A DNA stretch of 64,000 bases. Source: Octopus vulgaris. Lineage: Eukaryota. Where the stretch lies: NCBI GenBank assembly GCA_951406725.2, contig OX597819.1, positions 99,820,001 to 99,884,000 on the forward strand. The letters run 5' to 3'. The position numbers and the translations under genes were made by a program. This document shows, piece by piece, positions 1 through 13,381 of the stretch. How positions within the stretch are numbered: the stretch's first letter is position 1; each line of letters starts with the position of its first letter. A model generated the notes under the pieces. That model saw nothing but the letters and a program-made list of their open reading frames with translations. It did not search any database and was not told the origin of the DNA.

Positions 1-278
1 ACACTACAAGTCGCTGGGTTACATTTGGGCGAACAGTGCTTCGCCCACGGACAACTCTACGTGGGCTGTTCATGCGTTGGGAGGCGCAATGATGTTTTCA
101 TGTTTTCGCCCAAAGGAACAGCTAGGAACGTCGTATACACATAAGTATTGGAGTGAAGAGAAGACATTGCAAACTACACATGCGCCTTCGTTCCCTAGAG
201 GGAAAGGTCTATATCGGGATTAGTCGTTGCCTACTAGGGGCTCTTACATACCCGAGCAACGCCGGGCTATGCTGCTAG
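1..278 (+). mobile_element. 3' end of an autonomous-type Helitron (C-terminus of the RepHel PIF1-like helicase plus terminal hairpin)
   Basis: Frame 1 reads TLQVAGLHLGEQCFAHGQLYVGCSCVG...TARNVVYT*VLE*, matching the Helitron helicase C-terminus (FSHGQLYVA.SRV...NVVY.EVL), with a premature TAA at 142-144. Hairpin cccgagcaacgccggg (251-266) is followed by CTAG (275-278) and T. Confidence 0.9.
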
Positions 279-831
279 TATTAAATAATCAAGACGACAG
301 TTTCATTGCTTTCTGCCATGACTTCACTCATATGCTGTGATTTGTCACTCACACGCTATTGAAACAACTACAAACCGTCGAATAAATGTAATTCCAACAA
401 TATCATTCATATGTATATATGTTTGTGAGGAGTGTATTATGTCATTATTCAGTTTTATTTCAAGATTTCTTGTCAAAAGAGAAAGAGCCGGTTTCTAACC
501 TAGATCCAAGGCTCCTTCATTGGAATTTCAACGTCAACAACAGGATAATTATGTATGTATGCGTGTATGTATGTATGTATGTATGTATGTATGTATGTAT
601 GCATTGTGAGGAGGGTGTTCATTGGATACCCTGCGGGATGAAAAACAAAACCCGTCAAAGGGCGGAGGAATTCTTGAGAGTCAACGGCCATCCAATAAAT
701 GTCTTACAGAAAATGAATATACCTTGTGATTCAAAAAACTACACTGTAGATGTAGCTGTATCTGTGTTGGTTTCAAATGTCAGCCAGCGAGAGATACATA
801 CATACATACGTGCATATATATACATACATAA

Positions 832-883
<52 letters not shown>

Positions 884-889
884 TTGTGT

Positions 890-955
<66 letters not shown>

Positions 956-958
<3 letters not shown>

Positions 959-1105
959 GCGTTTTAGGATCTGGTTTGCAAGATTCTTTATATGAGATGC
1001 TGTGTTGAAGCATATAGTGTTTAACATACTCACCGGTAAAATTTCCACTTATTTCCTTCTTTATTTTTCTAAAATTTTCGTTGCGTCATGCAAACTTTTC
1101 AATAA
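956..1105 (-). mobile_element. Short PLE-type terminal-repeat fragment with a variant hammerhead-like motif
   Basis: Minus strand 1105-1069 reads tta-TTGAAAA-g-tttgc-atgac-gcaac-GAAA-ATTT-tag followed by AATAAA. Bases 1021-1056 recur inverted at 1397-1432. Confidence 0.5.
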
Positions 1106-1478
1106 TGTGTGTGCGTGTGTGTGAACGCGCGCGTTTGTGTGTGTTGCGGTTGTCCGGGCGGTTGTGTGTGTACATGTGTATGCGCGTATATGTGTGTGTT
1201 GTTGTCACATACAATATGAAACATACATATACACGCATACTCACGTATAGGCATACACACGTACACGCATACACCCCACTGATAAATATAACACATACAA
1301 TGCATACATACGTACACACACAACACCCTGACAACATATAACACACACATACACACACCATCCTGATAAATATATCACACAAAACTATAGAAAAATGGAA
1401 ATAAGTGGAAATTTTACCGGTGAGTGTGTTAAATTATAAGGTAGAAAAAGAGAATGACTCTCCCCAGACACAACAGTG

Positions 1479-1519
<41 letters not shown>

Positions 1520-1587
1520 AACATATGGTATAATCATAAACAGGGCAAATTTAGCCATTTCTCCGCAGACTGAAAAAAATTGAACAA

Positions 1588-1630
1588 ACTTAATCAATTT
1601 TCGAACCTTACTGGATTCTCATCAGAGGAG
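1588..1630 (-). ncRNA. Minimal type-I hammerhead-ribozyme-like motif (canonical core)
   Basis: Minus strand: cct-CTGATGA-gaatc-cagtaa-ggttc-GAAA-attgatta-ag. Stem II has 5 bp, stem III is near-palindromic (AATTGATT) and stem I is very short. Confidence 0.5.
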
Positions 1631-1769
1631 CCTACATCATTCTGACAGTCTCCAGATAAACAAACAGCCATATATATATATATACATATATGTGTGTGTG
1701 TGTGTGTGTATACACATACTCACACACATAAACAAAGTAAAGTTGGGTTTACCACATGAGTGCATATAT

Positions 1770-2232
1770 AAGGAAAAGAATCTTTAAATGCAGTAGTCTT
1801 TCTAAAACATTTATGAACTTAACCGGTTTCACTTATTTCAAAAGATTTTCAAAACTAAGGTATGAGGTTTTGTGCAATCTCCGTTATGTCATCTTGTATT
1901 TTAACAAGAAAAAGTTTGAGGCTTGACCTTGTGTATCGTCTGTGATGAGTCAAAAAATAGTTTACATAGAAACATTCAGATCAGGTAATAACATATTTTA
2001 CAATGATAAGAAGATAAAAATTACTTTACATAAATATATCCAGATCAAGTAATAGAGTCTTTGACAAGAATATGAAATGTGTCTGGTTTGTCAATCAGTG
2101 GGGTCTAAAGTGGGTGATCAGAAAACATTATTTGTATGCATCATCTTAAACTGAAAAAATCTCAGATGCGATGAAAAGTAACAGACCATTTATAGTTCTC
2201 GGATCTAACTGTGGATGGAATTTGACACTGAC
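1770..2232 (-). repeat. Interspersed repeat, inverted copy of 3395-3785 (putative PLE terminal region)
   Basis: tgtggatggaatttgac (2210) is the reverse complement of gtcaaattccatccaca (3400). Collinear inverted similarity extends over ~400 bp and both copies end in GAAACCGGTT...ATAAA. Confidence 0.7.
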
Positions 2233-2977
2233 TACTATTTTATATGTATGCGTGTTTTTTTTTATGGGAAATGCGAATAGCGGACTTGCGTGTTTGTGTG
2301 CGTGCGTGTTTGTGTGTGTGCGTGCGTGTGTGTGTATGTGTGCGTGCGTGTGTATGTGTGAGTGTGCGTGTATGACGGTGTTCTATTTGTGTGTGTGCGT
2401 GTGTGTCTACGTACGTATGTGTGTGTGTGTGTGTGTGTGAATGCATGTGTTTTTGTGTGCTGTGGTTGTCAGGATGGTGTGTGTGTGTGTGCGCGTGTGT
2501 ATCCCTGTGTATTGTGTGCTATATTTATCAGGCTGATGTGTGTATGTGTGTACGTAAGTATACGTGTGTATGTGTGTGTTATATTTCTCAAAGTGTCGTG
2601 TGCGTACGTGTGTTTGCAATTGTGTGTGTGATATTTATCAGGGTGGTGTATGCGTGTATATGTGTGTGTTATATTGTGTATGACAATAACACACATACAC
2701 ACGCATACACACGTACACACACAACCACCCGGACAACCGCAATTCACCCAAACAAACGCGTGCAAACACATGCACACATGCGTAGACACACTTACACACA
2801 AATGGAACACCCACATATACGCACACATGTATTCACACGCATGCAGATACACATACACATAAACCCGCTATTCGCATTTCCTAGAAAAAAACACACACAT
2901 ATACATGCACACATTAAATTAAACGCAAATAGACACCCAGATATACAGGCTCATGTACGCGCACGTACGCACACGCA

Positions 2978-3009
<32 letters not shown>

Positions 3010-3394
3010 AACCTGCTATTCGCTTTTCCCAGAAAAAAAAAACACACACACATACACTTACAGACAAATGCACACCATCCTTTACTTGAGTCATACATAT
3101 AAACCCCAAAACCTCAACCAAAATTACTGAACCATTTTAGAACCTGCCTTTCACCAAAAAAGCCCTTCACGGTTCCACAACAACTTATTCGAACGTAGAA
3201 CAATCGCGAACTATCTTTTTATCATGTGACTGCCATCAACCTCCCACACTGTCTTTAAAGTGAGAGAAATTCTCTGTCACCTTTTTTTTTAAAAAAACAG
3301 ACCCATCTTTTGATTATGTGACTGCCATGAAGCAACCACATTGTTTGCTAAAATGAAGGCAATTTTGAACCACCGTTTCTGTATAAAATAGAAG

Positions 3395-3785
3395 TAACTG
3401 TCAAATTCCATCCACATGCGAGACCCAACAGCCAAATCCGAAAACTATGAATGGTCTGTTATTTCTCATCTCAACTGAGGTTTTTTTCAGTTTAAGATGC
3501 TGTAATCAATTAAGGTTTCTGATCACAGTGAGACTAAAGCTTTAGCCCCCGCTGATTGACAAGTCAGACACGTTTTATCCTCTTGTCAAACACTCTACTT
3601 GATCTGGGTATATTTATGTAAAGTAATTTTTCTCTTATATCATAGTAAAAAAAAATGTTATTACCTGATCTGAATGTTTTTATGCAAACTATTTTTTGAT
3701 ATACAAAGCCTCATACCTTACTTTTGAAAATGTTTGAAATAGGGAAACCGGTTAGGTTAATAAATACTTTTAAAAGATTCCTGCA
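3395..3785 (+). repeat. Interspersed repeat, inverted copy of 1770-2232 (putative PLE terminal region)
   Basis: Same similarity as above; ends with actt-TTGAAAA...GAAACCGGTT-aggt and AATAAA (3759-3764). Confidence 0.7.
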
Positions 3786-3944
3786 TTTTCAGATTTTTTC
3801 CTTATGTATGTATGTATATATACATAAATATATATATGTATATATACATACATATGTATGTATATATACATGTATGTATGTATGCATACATATGTATGTA
3901 TATATACATGCATGTATGTATATATACATGTATATATACATATA

Positions 3945-4452
3945 TACGGCCTGTTGTATGGTTGGGTCGTCGGCGACTAAACCGGCAAACCAACCAAGCT
4001 TGCTTGGTGAGGAGGTGTTTATTGACACCCTGCGGGATGAAAAATAAAACCCGTCAAAGGGCAGAGGAACTCTTGGGAGTCAACGGCCATCCAATAAATG
4101 TCTTAAGGGTGTATCATGCGCGGGAACATAGAAATAATCGAACTGAATACCCGATCGCGCGGTTAAACCATTGGGAGTGAAGGACACCTAGCCTTTGTTA
4201 GGGCATCCTTCTAGAAGGTAACTCAGGTAACTGGGATAACATCCGACATAAAACCTGCGGCTCAGTGGTTACCGATGATGTTGACTTGTTCTTCTTTTCG
4301 GATTATGGCTGCTATTGCTTAGTGAGTGGGATTGACTCAGTGCACAGCCTTTCCTCACTTTAAAAAAAAATCTTCTTGCACAGGCATTGCACGATAACAA
4401 CATTGATTAAGCTTCGTGCAATGGCCATACTCGATAACGAGGGGCAGCCACC
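3945..4452 (+). mobile_element. Interspersed repeat, possibly the 5' UTR of an RTE-type LINE; partial second copy at 607-706
   Basis: About 100 bp (gtgaggag...ccctgcgggatgaaaaa.aaaacccgtcaaaggg...ccaataaatgtctta) is shared with 607-706. Non-coding and flanked by microsatellites. The family assignment is from recollection only. Confidence 0.4.
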
Positions 4453-4540
<88 letters not shown>

Positions 4541-4544
<4 letters not shown>

Positions 4545-4728
4545 AGAGTTCACGAAAAAAATAAATGACGAAGAGAGGTGGTGTAGAAAACAAACAGATG
4601 TATTAGAATTGAAAAAGTCTTTTACGTTTCGAGCCTACGCTCTTCTACAGACAGGAACTGAGAAAAAAAAACAAGGAGAGAAACAAGGGGAGAAAAATGC
4701 GTGTAGTTGCTACCGATCTATCATAGCG

Positions 4729-4730
<2 letters not shown>
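4541..4730 (-). mobile_element. ~190-nt non-autonomous element with an A6U hammerhead-like motif (family H1, copy 1)
   Basis: Homologous to 42793-42990, 50103-50295 and both arms of 63150-63536. Minus strand reads CTGTAGA-A-GAGC-GTAG-GCTC-GAAA-CGTA-AAAG. Flanked by (TA)n. Confidence 0.7.
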
Positions 4731-4763
<33 letters not shown>

Positions 4764-5349
4764 GACAGACAGACAGACATTCACAGAAATACACATATTG
4801 TGCGTGAGTGTGGTGTTTGTATGTCTGTATGTATGAATTGCGTGTTGATAGCTTGAGATAGCAATATATCATATTGCAATATTTAAATATTTAGCTATAA
4901 ACCCAGAATATTTAACTTCCATTTTTAGTGATATCCATGTTATTTCTATTTATATAAAAAAGTTAGACGTAAGCATCGTGATGCTGTGAGGAAATTTGCT
5001 TACTTCACAATTAGATGTTTCTTTCCTCGATACTTATCATGAGACTTTGGGCTAGAATCATGCAACAAATATTGACCATAGATCTGTATGTGAAATGTAG
5101 TGAATGTAATCTTTGTTACTTCCCTTCAGAACATACGAGTTCTTCAGTTGTTAATCACTATCTAATCCAGCCGACTTTCATTTAGCACTGCCACTTGGAG
5201 CTTAGCGTATTGGCGACATGGTGAAAACGTTATAGCATAGGTTAGTATACCTTGTGACATTTTTTACAACGCTCTGCAATCTGAGTGCTATTCCTGTCCA
5301 TGTTAACTTCACCTTTAATGGTTGGAAAGTGATAAAAAAATGCACCATA

Positions 5350-5511
5350 GGCGTAGGAATGCCGGTGTGGTAAGTCGCTTGCTTATGAACCACATGGTTC
5401 CAGGTTCATTCCCACTGCGTGGAGCCTTGGGCAAGTGTCTTCTACTATAGCCTCGGGCCGACCAAAGCCTTGTGAGTGGATTTAGTAGACGGAAACTGAA
5501 AGAAGCCCGTC

Positions 5512-5549
<38 letters not shown>

Positions 5550-5758
5550 CTGTGTCTGTGTGTATTTGTGTGTCTATGATTGTCCCCTCAACATCGCTTG
5601 ACAACGGATGCTGGTGTGTATATGTCCCCGTAGCTTAGCGGTTCGACAAAAGGGACCGATAGAATAAATACTAGGCTTACAAAGAATAAGTCCTGGGGTC
5701 GATTTGCTGAATGCGGTGCTCCAGCATGACTGAAACAAGTAAAAGAGTAAAAGAGTAA
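5350..5758 (+). mobile_element. tRNA-derived SINE, family B (CORE-like centre, internal (TA)n(TG)n)
   Basis: A-box-like gccggtgtggtaag, B-box-like ggttcattccc, ccttgggcaagtgtctt core and aaagagt tail. Further copies at 32939, 50925, 58165 and 62049. Confidence 0.85.
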
Positions 5759-6249
5759 GTGCAAGGTAGGTGAACATGGTGCATAGAATCACCATAACTC
5801 TTTTCATTTATGATATTGTGTCGCTTCTTACAGAGCAAATATCTTCCGGATGTATCTATTCACAATTAAATGGAATATATCTTTCAACAGTATCTACTTA
5901 CATTCAAATAAATATTTGGACGAGATGCATTGCAGTATTTGTGTATTTGTGCCTGATCTTTGCGTTCTGATAAAATTGTTCTATCCTACACCGGTACTAA
6001 GTCGTGTCGGCACACGTCAGCGGATTTTCACTTGCATACATATCGGTGGCTCAGAGAGGGGAGACTTACCGTCATGGACAAATACCAGTTTTTCTCGACA
6101 CATCTTGCCCGGGTATACGCGTAAATGTTGATGTATGGTCAACTCTAACCGACGGATGCCTTGAGTAGATTTTCTAACAAGTAGTGAGGCAGACCTTTAG
6201 CCTGAGGATAGCTTGGTATCCTGATTTAGTACTTATACATTATCAGTGT

Positions 6250-6450
6250 TAAATATTGGTTTCAAATATTAGTACAAGGCCAGCAACTTTGAAAGGGGAA
6301 TAAGTCGATTACATCGACCCTAGTATGAAATCAGTACTTATTTTATCGACCTCGAAAGGATGAAATGCAAAGTCAACCTCGGCAAAATTTGAACTCAGAA
6401 CGTAAAGACACACCAAAACTGCTAGGTATTTTGCCCAGCTCGCCGCCTTA
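6250..6450 (-). mobile_element. tRNA-derived SINE, family A (duplicated at 9175-9375)
   Basis: Reverse complement of ggcggcgagctgg...ttctgagttcaaatt..gccgaggttgactttgcatttcatcctttcgaggtcgataaaataagtac. Confidence 0.8.
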
Positions 6451-6635
6451 TCGATGTTAAATATAGCTTTACAATAAGTAACATAGCACAACATTGATCT
6501 CACTAATTATACGTCCTGTAGGTTATTTTCCAGGACACGTCACAAGGGATTTAGTTAACTAACGTAAAATAGAGGAACCCTTCAATGCAGACGAGGGAAA
6601 TGAAAATGAGCTACTATTAATGCCTCTAGTATATA

Positions 6636-6696
<61 letters not shown>

Positions 6697-6823
6697 GATG
6701 CTGCTACTACTACAACCACCACCACCACCACCACCACCACTACTACTTCTACTACTACTACTACTACTACTGATGCTGCTACTACTACAACCACCACCAC
6801 CACCACCACCACCACTACTACTT

Positions 6824-6863
<40 letters not shown>

Positions 6864-6865
6864 CT

Positions 6866-6942
<77 letters not shown>

Positions 6943-6943
<1 letters not shown>

Positions 6944-7849
6944 TGGTAGAGTCACAGCAACACAGAAGGAAAGCAAAAACCCGAACGAACTTTAAAAACC
7001 AGAAAAACCCGGAAATTATCTGACTGGCAGGAGAAGGCGTTGCATGGTAGATTCCCAAAGATAGTTACAGTAAATATTAGTAGTGAGACATGGCTATGGT
7101 TGCAGAAAGGAAAGCTGAAGAGGGAGACAGAAAGTTTGTTAGTAGCTGCATAACACGAAGCATTAAGGACTAATTGGATAAAAACCAACATAAGCAAAAA
7201 CCAAGTAGATTCCCAATGTAGGTTATGCAAATCAAAAGAGGAAAGCGTTACTCACATAATAAGTGAATGTGGCATGCTGGCTACAGAAAGAATATAAGAA
7301 AATACATGACAACCTAGGCAGAGTAATCTACTGGGAATAATATAGGAAGCTATGAATTTGAACATGTTAATAAATTGTATGAACATGGCTCTAGAAAAGT
7401 ACTAGAAAGTAAAAATATAGATGTTGTGGGACTTTAACATTCAGACTGACAGAGTAATGTAAGCTAGAAGGCCTGATTTAGTAGCAGTAGATAAAGGGAA
7501 GAAAAGTGGCAAATAATTGATCTTACAGTCCCAAATGATTAGAAAATCAATATGAGGAGTATAGAAAAAAAAAGCAAGTATCAGGACCTTGCCATAGACT
7601 TACATAGACTATGGAAAGTGCAGGTGAAATGTACCACAGAAGTTATAGGTGCATTGGCAACTATCTCTGAAAGTCTGGACAGATGGAAAGAGAAAATAGG
7701 CATAAAGCCCATTTCAGTAAAGCTGCAGAAGATATTGTTATTAGGGACAGCTAGGATACTTAGAAGGGCTCTTGGCATATAAGGCAACTTTTTGTAATCC
7801 AATGTTAGGATTCCTTTCTTTTCCAACAGTGTAGTCTGTTGAATGCATA

Positions 7850-7851
<2 letters not shown>
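6943..7851 (+). mobile_element. 5'-truncated R4/Dong-like non-LTR retrotransposon (CCHC and restriction-like endonuclease), degenerate
   Basis: GKLKRETESLLVAA*HEALRTNWIK...CRLCKSKEESVTHIISEC (CCHC), RPDLVAVDK, KYQDLAIDL and LQKILLLGTARILRRAL, with stops and frameshifts. Flanked by (TAA)n on both sides. Confidence 0.85.
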
Positions 7852-7925
<74 letters not shown>

Positions 7926-7950
7926 TGATGATAATGATAATAATAATAAT

Positions 7951-8437
7951 GATACCGGATATCATTATAAAATATCAGACAAAAAGGATGTGTTTATTAA
8001 TTGACATGAGTATCCCTTGCGATCATAATATAGCGGCGAAAGAATTTGACAAGATTAGTAAATATAAAGACCTGCTAATGGAAATTGAAAAAATGTGGCA
8101 TCTCAAGGCGACTACAGTACCAGTGATTGTAGGATCTCTATGAATGATAAAAAAAGGCACTGAAACCTATTTGAAAATGATTCCAGGCTTATCATCCCTA
8201 CAGGAAGTGCAAAAAATCGTATTAACTGGAACGGCTCATGTACTGAGAAGAGCACTATCGCTGTGAAAATAACATCCATCCATGAATTTATATATTTGTT
8301 AATTTTTAAATACATATGTTATCTGGGAATTTGCGCGGGTAATCTGGGAATGCATACAATGCCCTTCTCTGCCCTAGGTGTATGGAAAACACTCGGCGAG
8401 AAACGGAAGAAAATTTGAAGAAAAGAAGGAAAAAACA
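7951..8437 (+). mobile_element. Second, distinct R4/Dong-like family, 3' fragment
   Basis: PDIIIKYQTKRMCLLIDMSIPCDHNIAAKEFDKISKYKDL...VPVIVGSL...QKIVLTGTAHVLRRALSL* (PD..D endonuclease). Flanked by (TAA)n. Confidence 0.8.
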
Positions 8438-9561
8438 TAATAATAATAATGATAATGATAATCCTGGGGTCGATTTGCTGAATGCGGTGCTCCAGCATGA
8501 CTGAAACAAGTAAAAGAGTAAAAGAGTAAGTGCAAGGTAGGTGAACATGGTGCATAGAATCACACATAACTCTTTTCATTTATGATATTGTGTCGCTTCT
8601 TACAGAGCAAATATCTTCCGGATGTATCTATTCACAATTAAATGGAATATATCTTTCAACAGTATCTACTTACATTCAAATAAATATTTGGACGAGATGC
8701 ATTGCAGTATTTGTGTATTTGTGCCTGATCTTTGCGTTCTGATAAAATTGTTCTATCCTACACCGGTACTAAGTCGTGTCGGCACACGTCAGCGGATTTT
8801 CACTTGCATACATATCGGTGGCTCAGAGAGGGGAGACTTACCGTCATGGACAAATACCAGTTTTTCTCGACACATCTTGCCCGGGTATACGCGTAAATAT
8901 TGATGTATGGTCAACACTAACCGACGGATGCCTTGAGTAGATTTTCTAACAAGTAGTGAGGCAGACCTTTAGCCTGAGGATAGCTTGGTATCCTGATTTA
9001 GTACTTATAGCATCAAGTTGTGTGTTCTAAAATTCTTCTCCTACACTCCTCCATTCATGGAATTTTTGCAAATAGCTTGAGTGCTGAGCTATTGAATTAA
9101 GTCATCAAAAATGGTTTCTTTCTTATATTTTATCTGCAATTGTTTATTTTATTATATATTATACATTATCAGTGTTAAATATTGGTTTCAAATATTAGTA
9201 CAAGGCCAGCAACTTTGAAAGGGGAATAAGTCGATTACATCGACCCTAGTATGAAATCAGTACTTATTTTATCGACCTCGAAAGGATGAAATGCAAAGTC
9301 AACCTCGGCAAAATTTGAACTCAGAACGTAAAGACACACCAAAACTGCTAGGTATTTTGCCCAGCTCGCCGCCTTATCGATGTTAAATATAGCTTTACAA
9401 TAAGTAACGTAGCACAACATTGATCTCACTAAATATACGTCCTGTAGGTTATTTTCCAGGACACGTCACAAGGGATTTAGTTAACTAACGTAAAATAGAG
9501 GAACCCTTCAATGCAGACGAGGGAAATGAAAATGAGCTACTATTAATGCCTCTAGTATATA

Positions 9562-9598
<37 letters not shown>

Positions 9599-9650
9599 GA
9601 TGCTGCTACTACTACAACCACCACCACCACCACCACCACCACTACTACTT

Positions 9651-9686
<36 letters not shown>

Positions 9687-9698
9687 TTACTACTACCT

Positions 9699-9784
<86 letters not shown>

Positions 9785-9785
<1 letters not shown>

Positions 9786-10693
9786 TGGTAGAGTCACAGC
9801 AACACAGAAGGAAAGCAAAAACCCGAACGAACTTTAAAAAACAGAAAAACCCGGAAATTATCTGACTGGCAGGAGAAGGCGTTGCATGGTAGATTCCCAA
9901 AGATAGTTACAGTAAATATTAGTAGTGAGACATGGCTATGGTTGCAGAAAGGAAAGCTGAAGAGGGAGACAGAAAGTTTGTTAGTAGCTGCATAACACGA
10001 AGCATTAAGGACTAATTGGATAAAAACCAACATAAGCAAAAACCAAGTAGATTCCCAATGTAGGTTATGCAAATCAAAAGAGGAAAGCGTTACTCACATA
10101 ATAAGTGAATGTGGCATGCTGGCACAGAAAGAATATAAGAAAATACATGACAACCTAGGCAGAGTAATCTACTGGGAATAATATAGGAAGCTAGAATTTG
10201 AACATGTTAATAAATTGTATGAACATGGCTCTAGAAAAGTACTAGAAAGTAAAAATATAAGATGTTGTGGGACTTTAACATTCAGACTGACAGAGTAATG
10301 TAAGCTAGAAGGCCTGATTTAGTAGCAGTAGATAAAGGGAAGAGAAAAGTGGCAAATAATTGATCTTACAGTCCCAAATGATTAGAAAATCAATATGAGG
10401 AGTATAGAAAAAAAAAGCAAAGTATCAGGACCTTGCCATAGACTTACAGAGACTATGGAAAGTGAAGGTGAAATGCACCACAGAAGTTATAGGTGCATTG
10501 GCAACTATCTCTGAAAGTCTGGACAGATGGAAAGAGAAAATAGGCATAAAGCCCATTTCAGTAAAGCTGCAGAAGATATTGTTATTAGGGACAGCTAGGA
10601 TACTTAGAAGGGCTCTTGGCATATAAGGCAACTTTTTGTAATCCAATGTTAGGATTCCTTTCTTTTCCAACAGTGTAGTCTGTTGAATGCATA

Positions 10694-10695
<2 letters not shown>
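9785..10695 (+). mobile_element. Duplicate of the R4/Dong-like fragment at 6943-7851
   Basis: Near-identical sequence inside unit 2 of the duplication. Confidence 0.85.
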
Positions 10696-10760
<65 letters not shown>

Positions 10761-10782
10761 TGATAATGATAATAATAATAAT

Positions 10783-11267
10783 GATACCGGATATCATTAT
10801 AAAATATCAGACAAAAAGGATGTGTTTATTAATTGACATGAGTATTCCCTTGCGATCACAATATAGCGGCGAAAGAATTTGACAAGATTAGTAAATATAA
10901 AGACCTGCTAATGGAAATTGAAAAAATGTGGCATCTCAAGGCGACTACAGTACCAGTGATTGTAGGATCTCTATGAATGATAAAAAAGGCACTGAAACCT
11001 ATTTGAAAATGATTCCAGGCTTACCATCCCTACAGGAAGTGCAAAAAATCGTATTAACTGGAACGGCTCATGTACTGAGAAGAGCACTATCGCTGTGAAA
11101 ATAACATCCATCCATGAATTTATATATTTGTTAATTTTTAAATACATATGTTATCTGGGAATTTGCGCGGGTAATCTGGGAATGCATACAATGCCCTTCT
11201 CTGCCCTAGGTGTATGGAAAACACTCGGCGAGAAACGGAAGAAAATTTGAAGAAAGAAGGAAAAAAC

Positions 11268-11268
<1 letters not shown>
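10783..11268 (+). mobile_element. Duplicate of the R4/Dong-like fragment at 7951-8437
   Basis: Near-identical sequence inside unit 2 of the duplication. Confidence 0.8.
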
Positions 11269-11299
<31 letters not shown>

Positions 11300-11387
11300 A
11301 ATAATGATACTAATGATAATAATAATAATGATAATAATAATGATAATGATAATGATTATGATAATAATAATAATAATAATAATAATG

Positions 11388-11457
<70 letters not shown>

Positions 11458-11478
11458 TAATAATAATAATAATAATGC

Positions 11479-13381
<1,903 letters not shown>

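Larger units (their letters stand above)
5691..11290 (+). repeat. Tandem duplication of ~2.8 kb (unit 1 5691-8461; unit 2 8462-~11290)
   Basis: Near-identical units both start tcctggggtcgatttgctgaatgcgg and give matching ORFs in the track (5850/8622, 6309/9235, 6952/9794). Unit 2 carries an extra 154 bp at 9010-9163. Confidence 0.95.

Noticed and set aside
470-545. Hammerhead-like string on the minus strand (CCAATGA...agcct/aggtt...GAAACCGGCTC)
   Set aside because: Two core positions deviate and stem I is not evident; insufficient from a single copy.
3945-4000. HDV-like ribozyme at the start of the putative RTE 5' UTR
   Set aside because: The nested double pseudoknot could not be built by eye; only a short hairpin followed by CTAA is visible.
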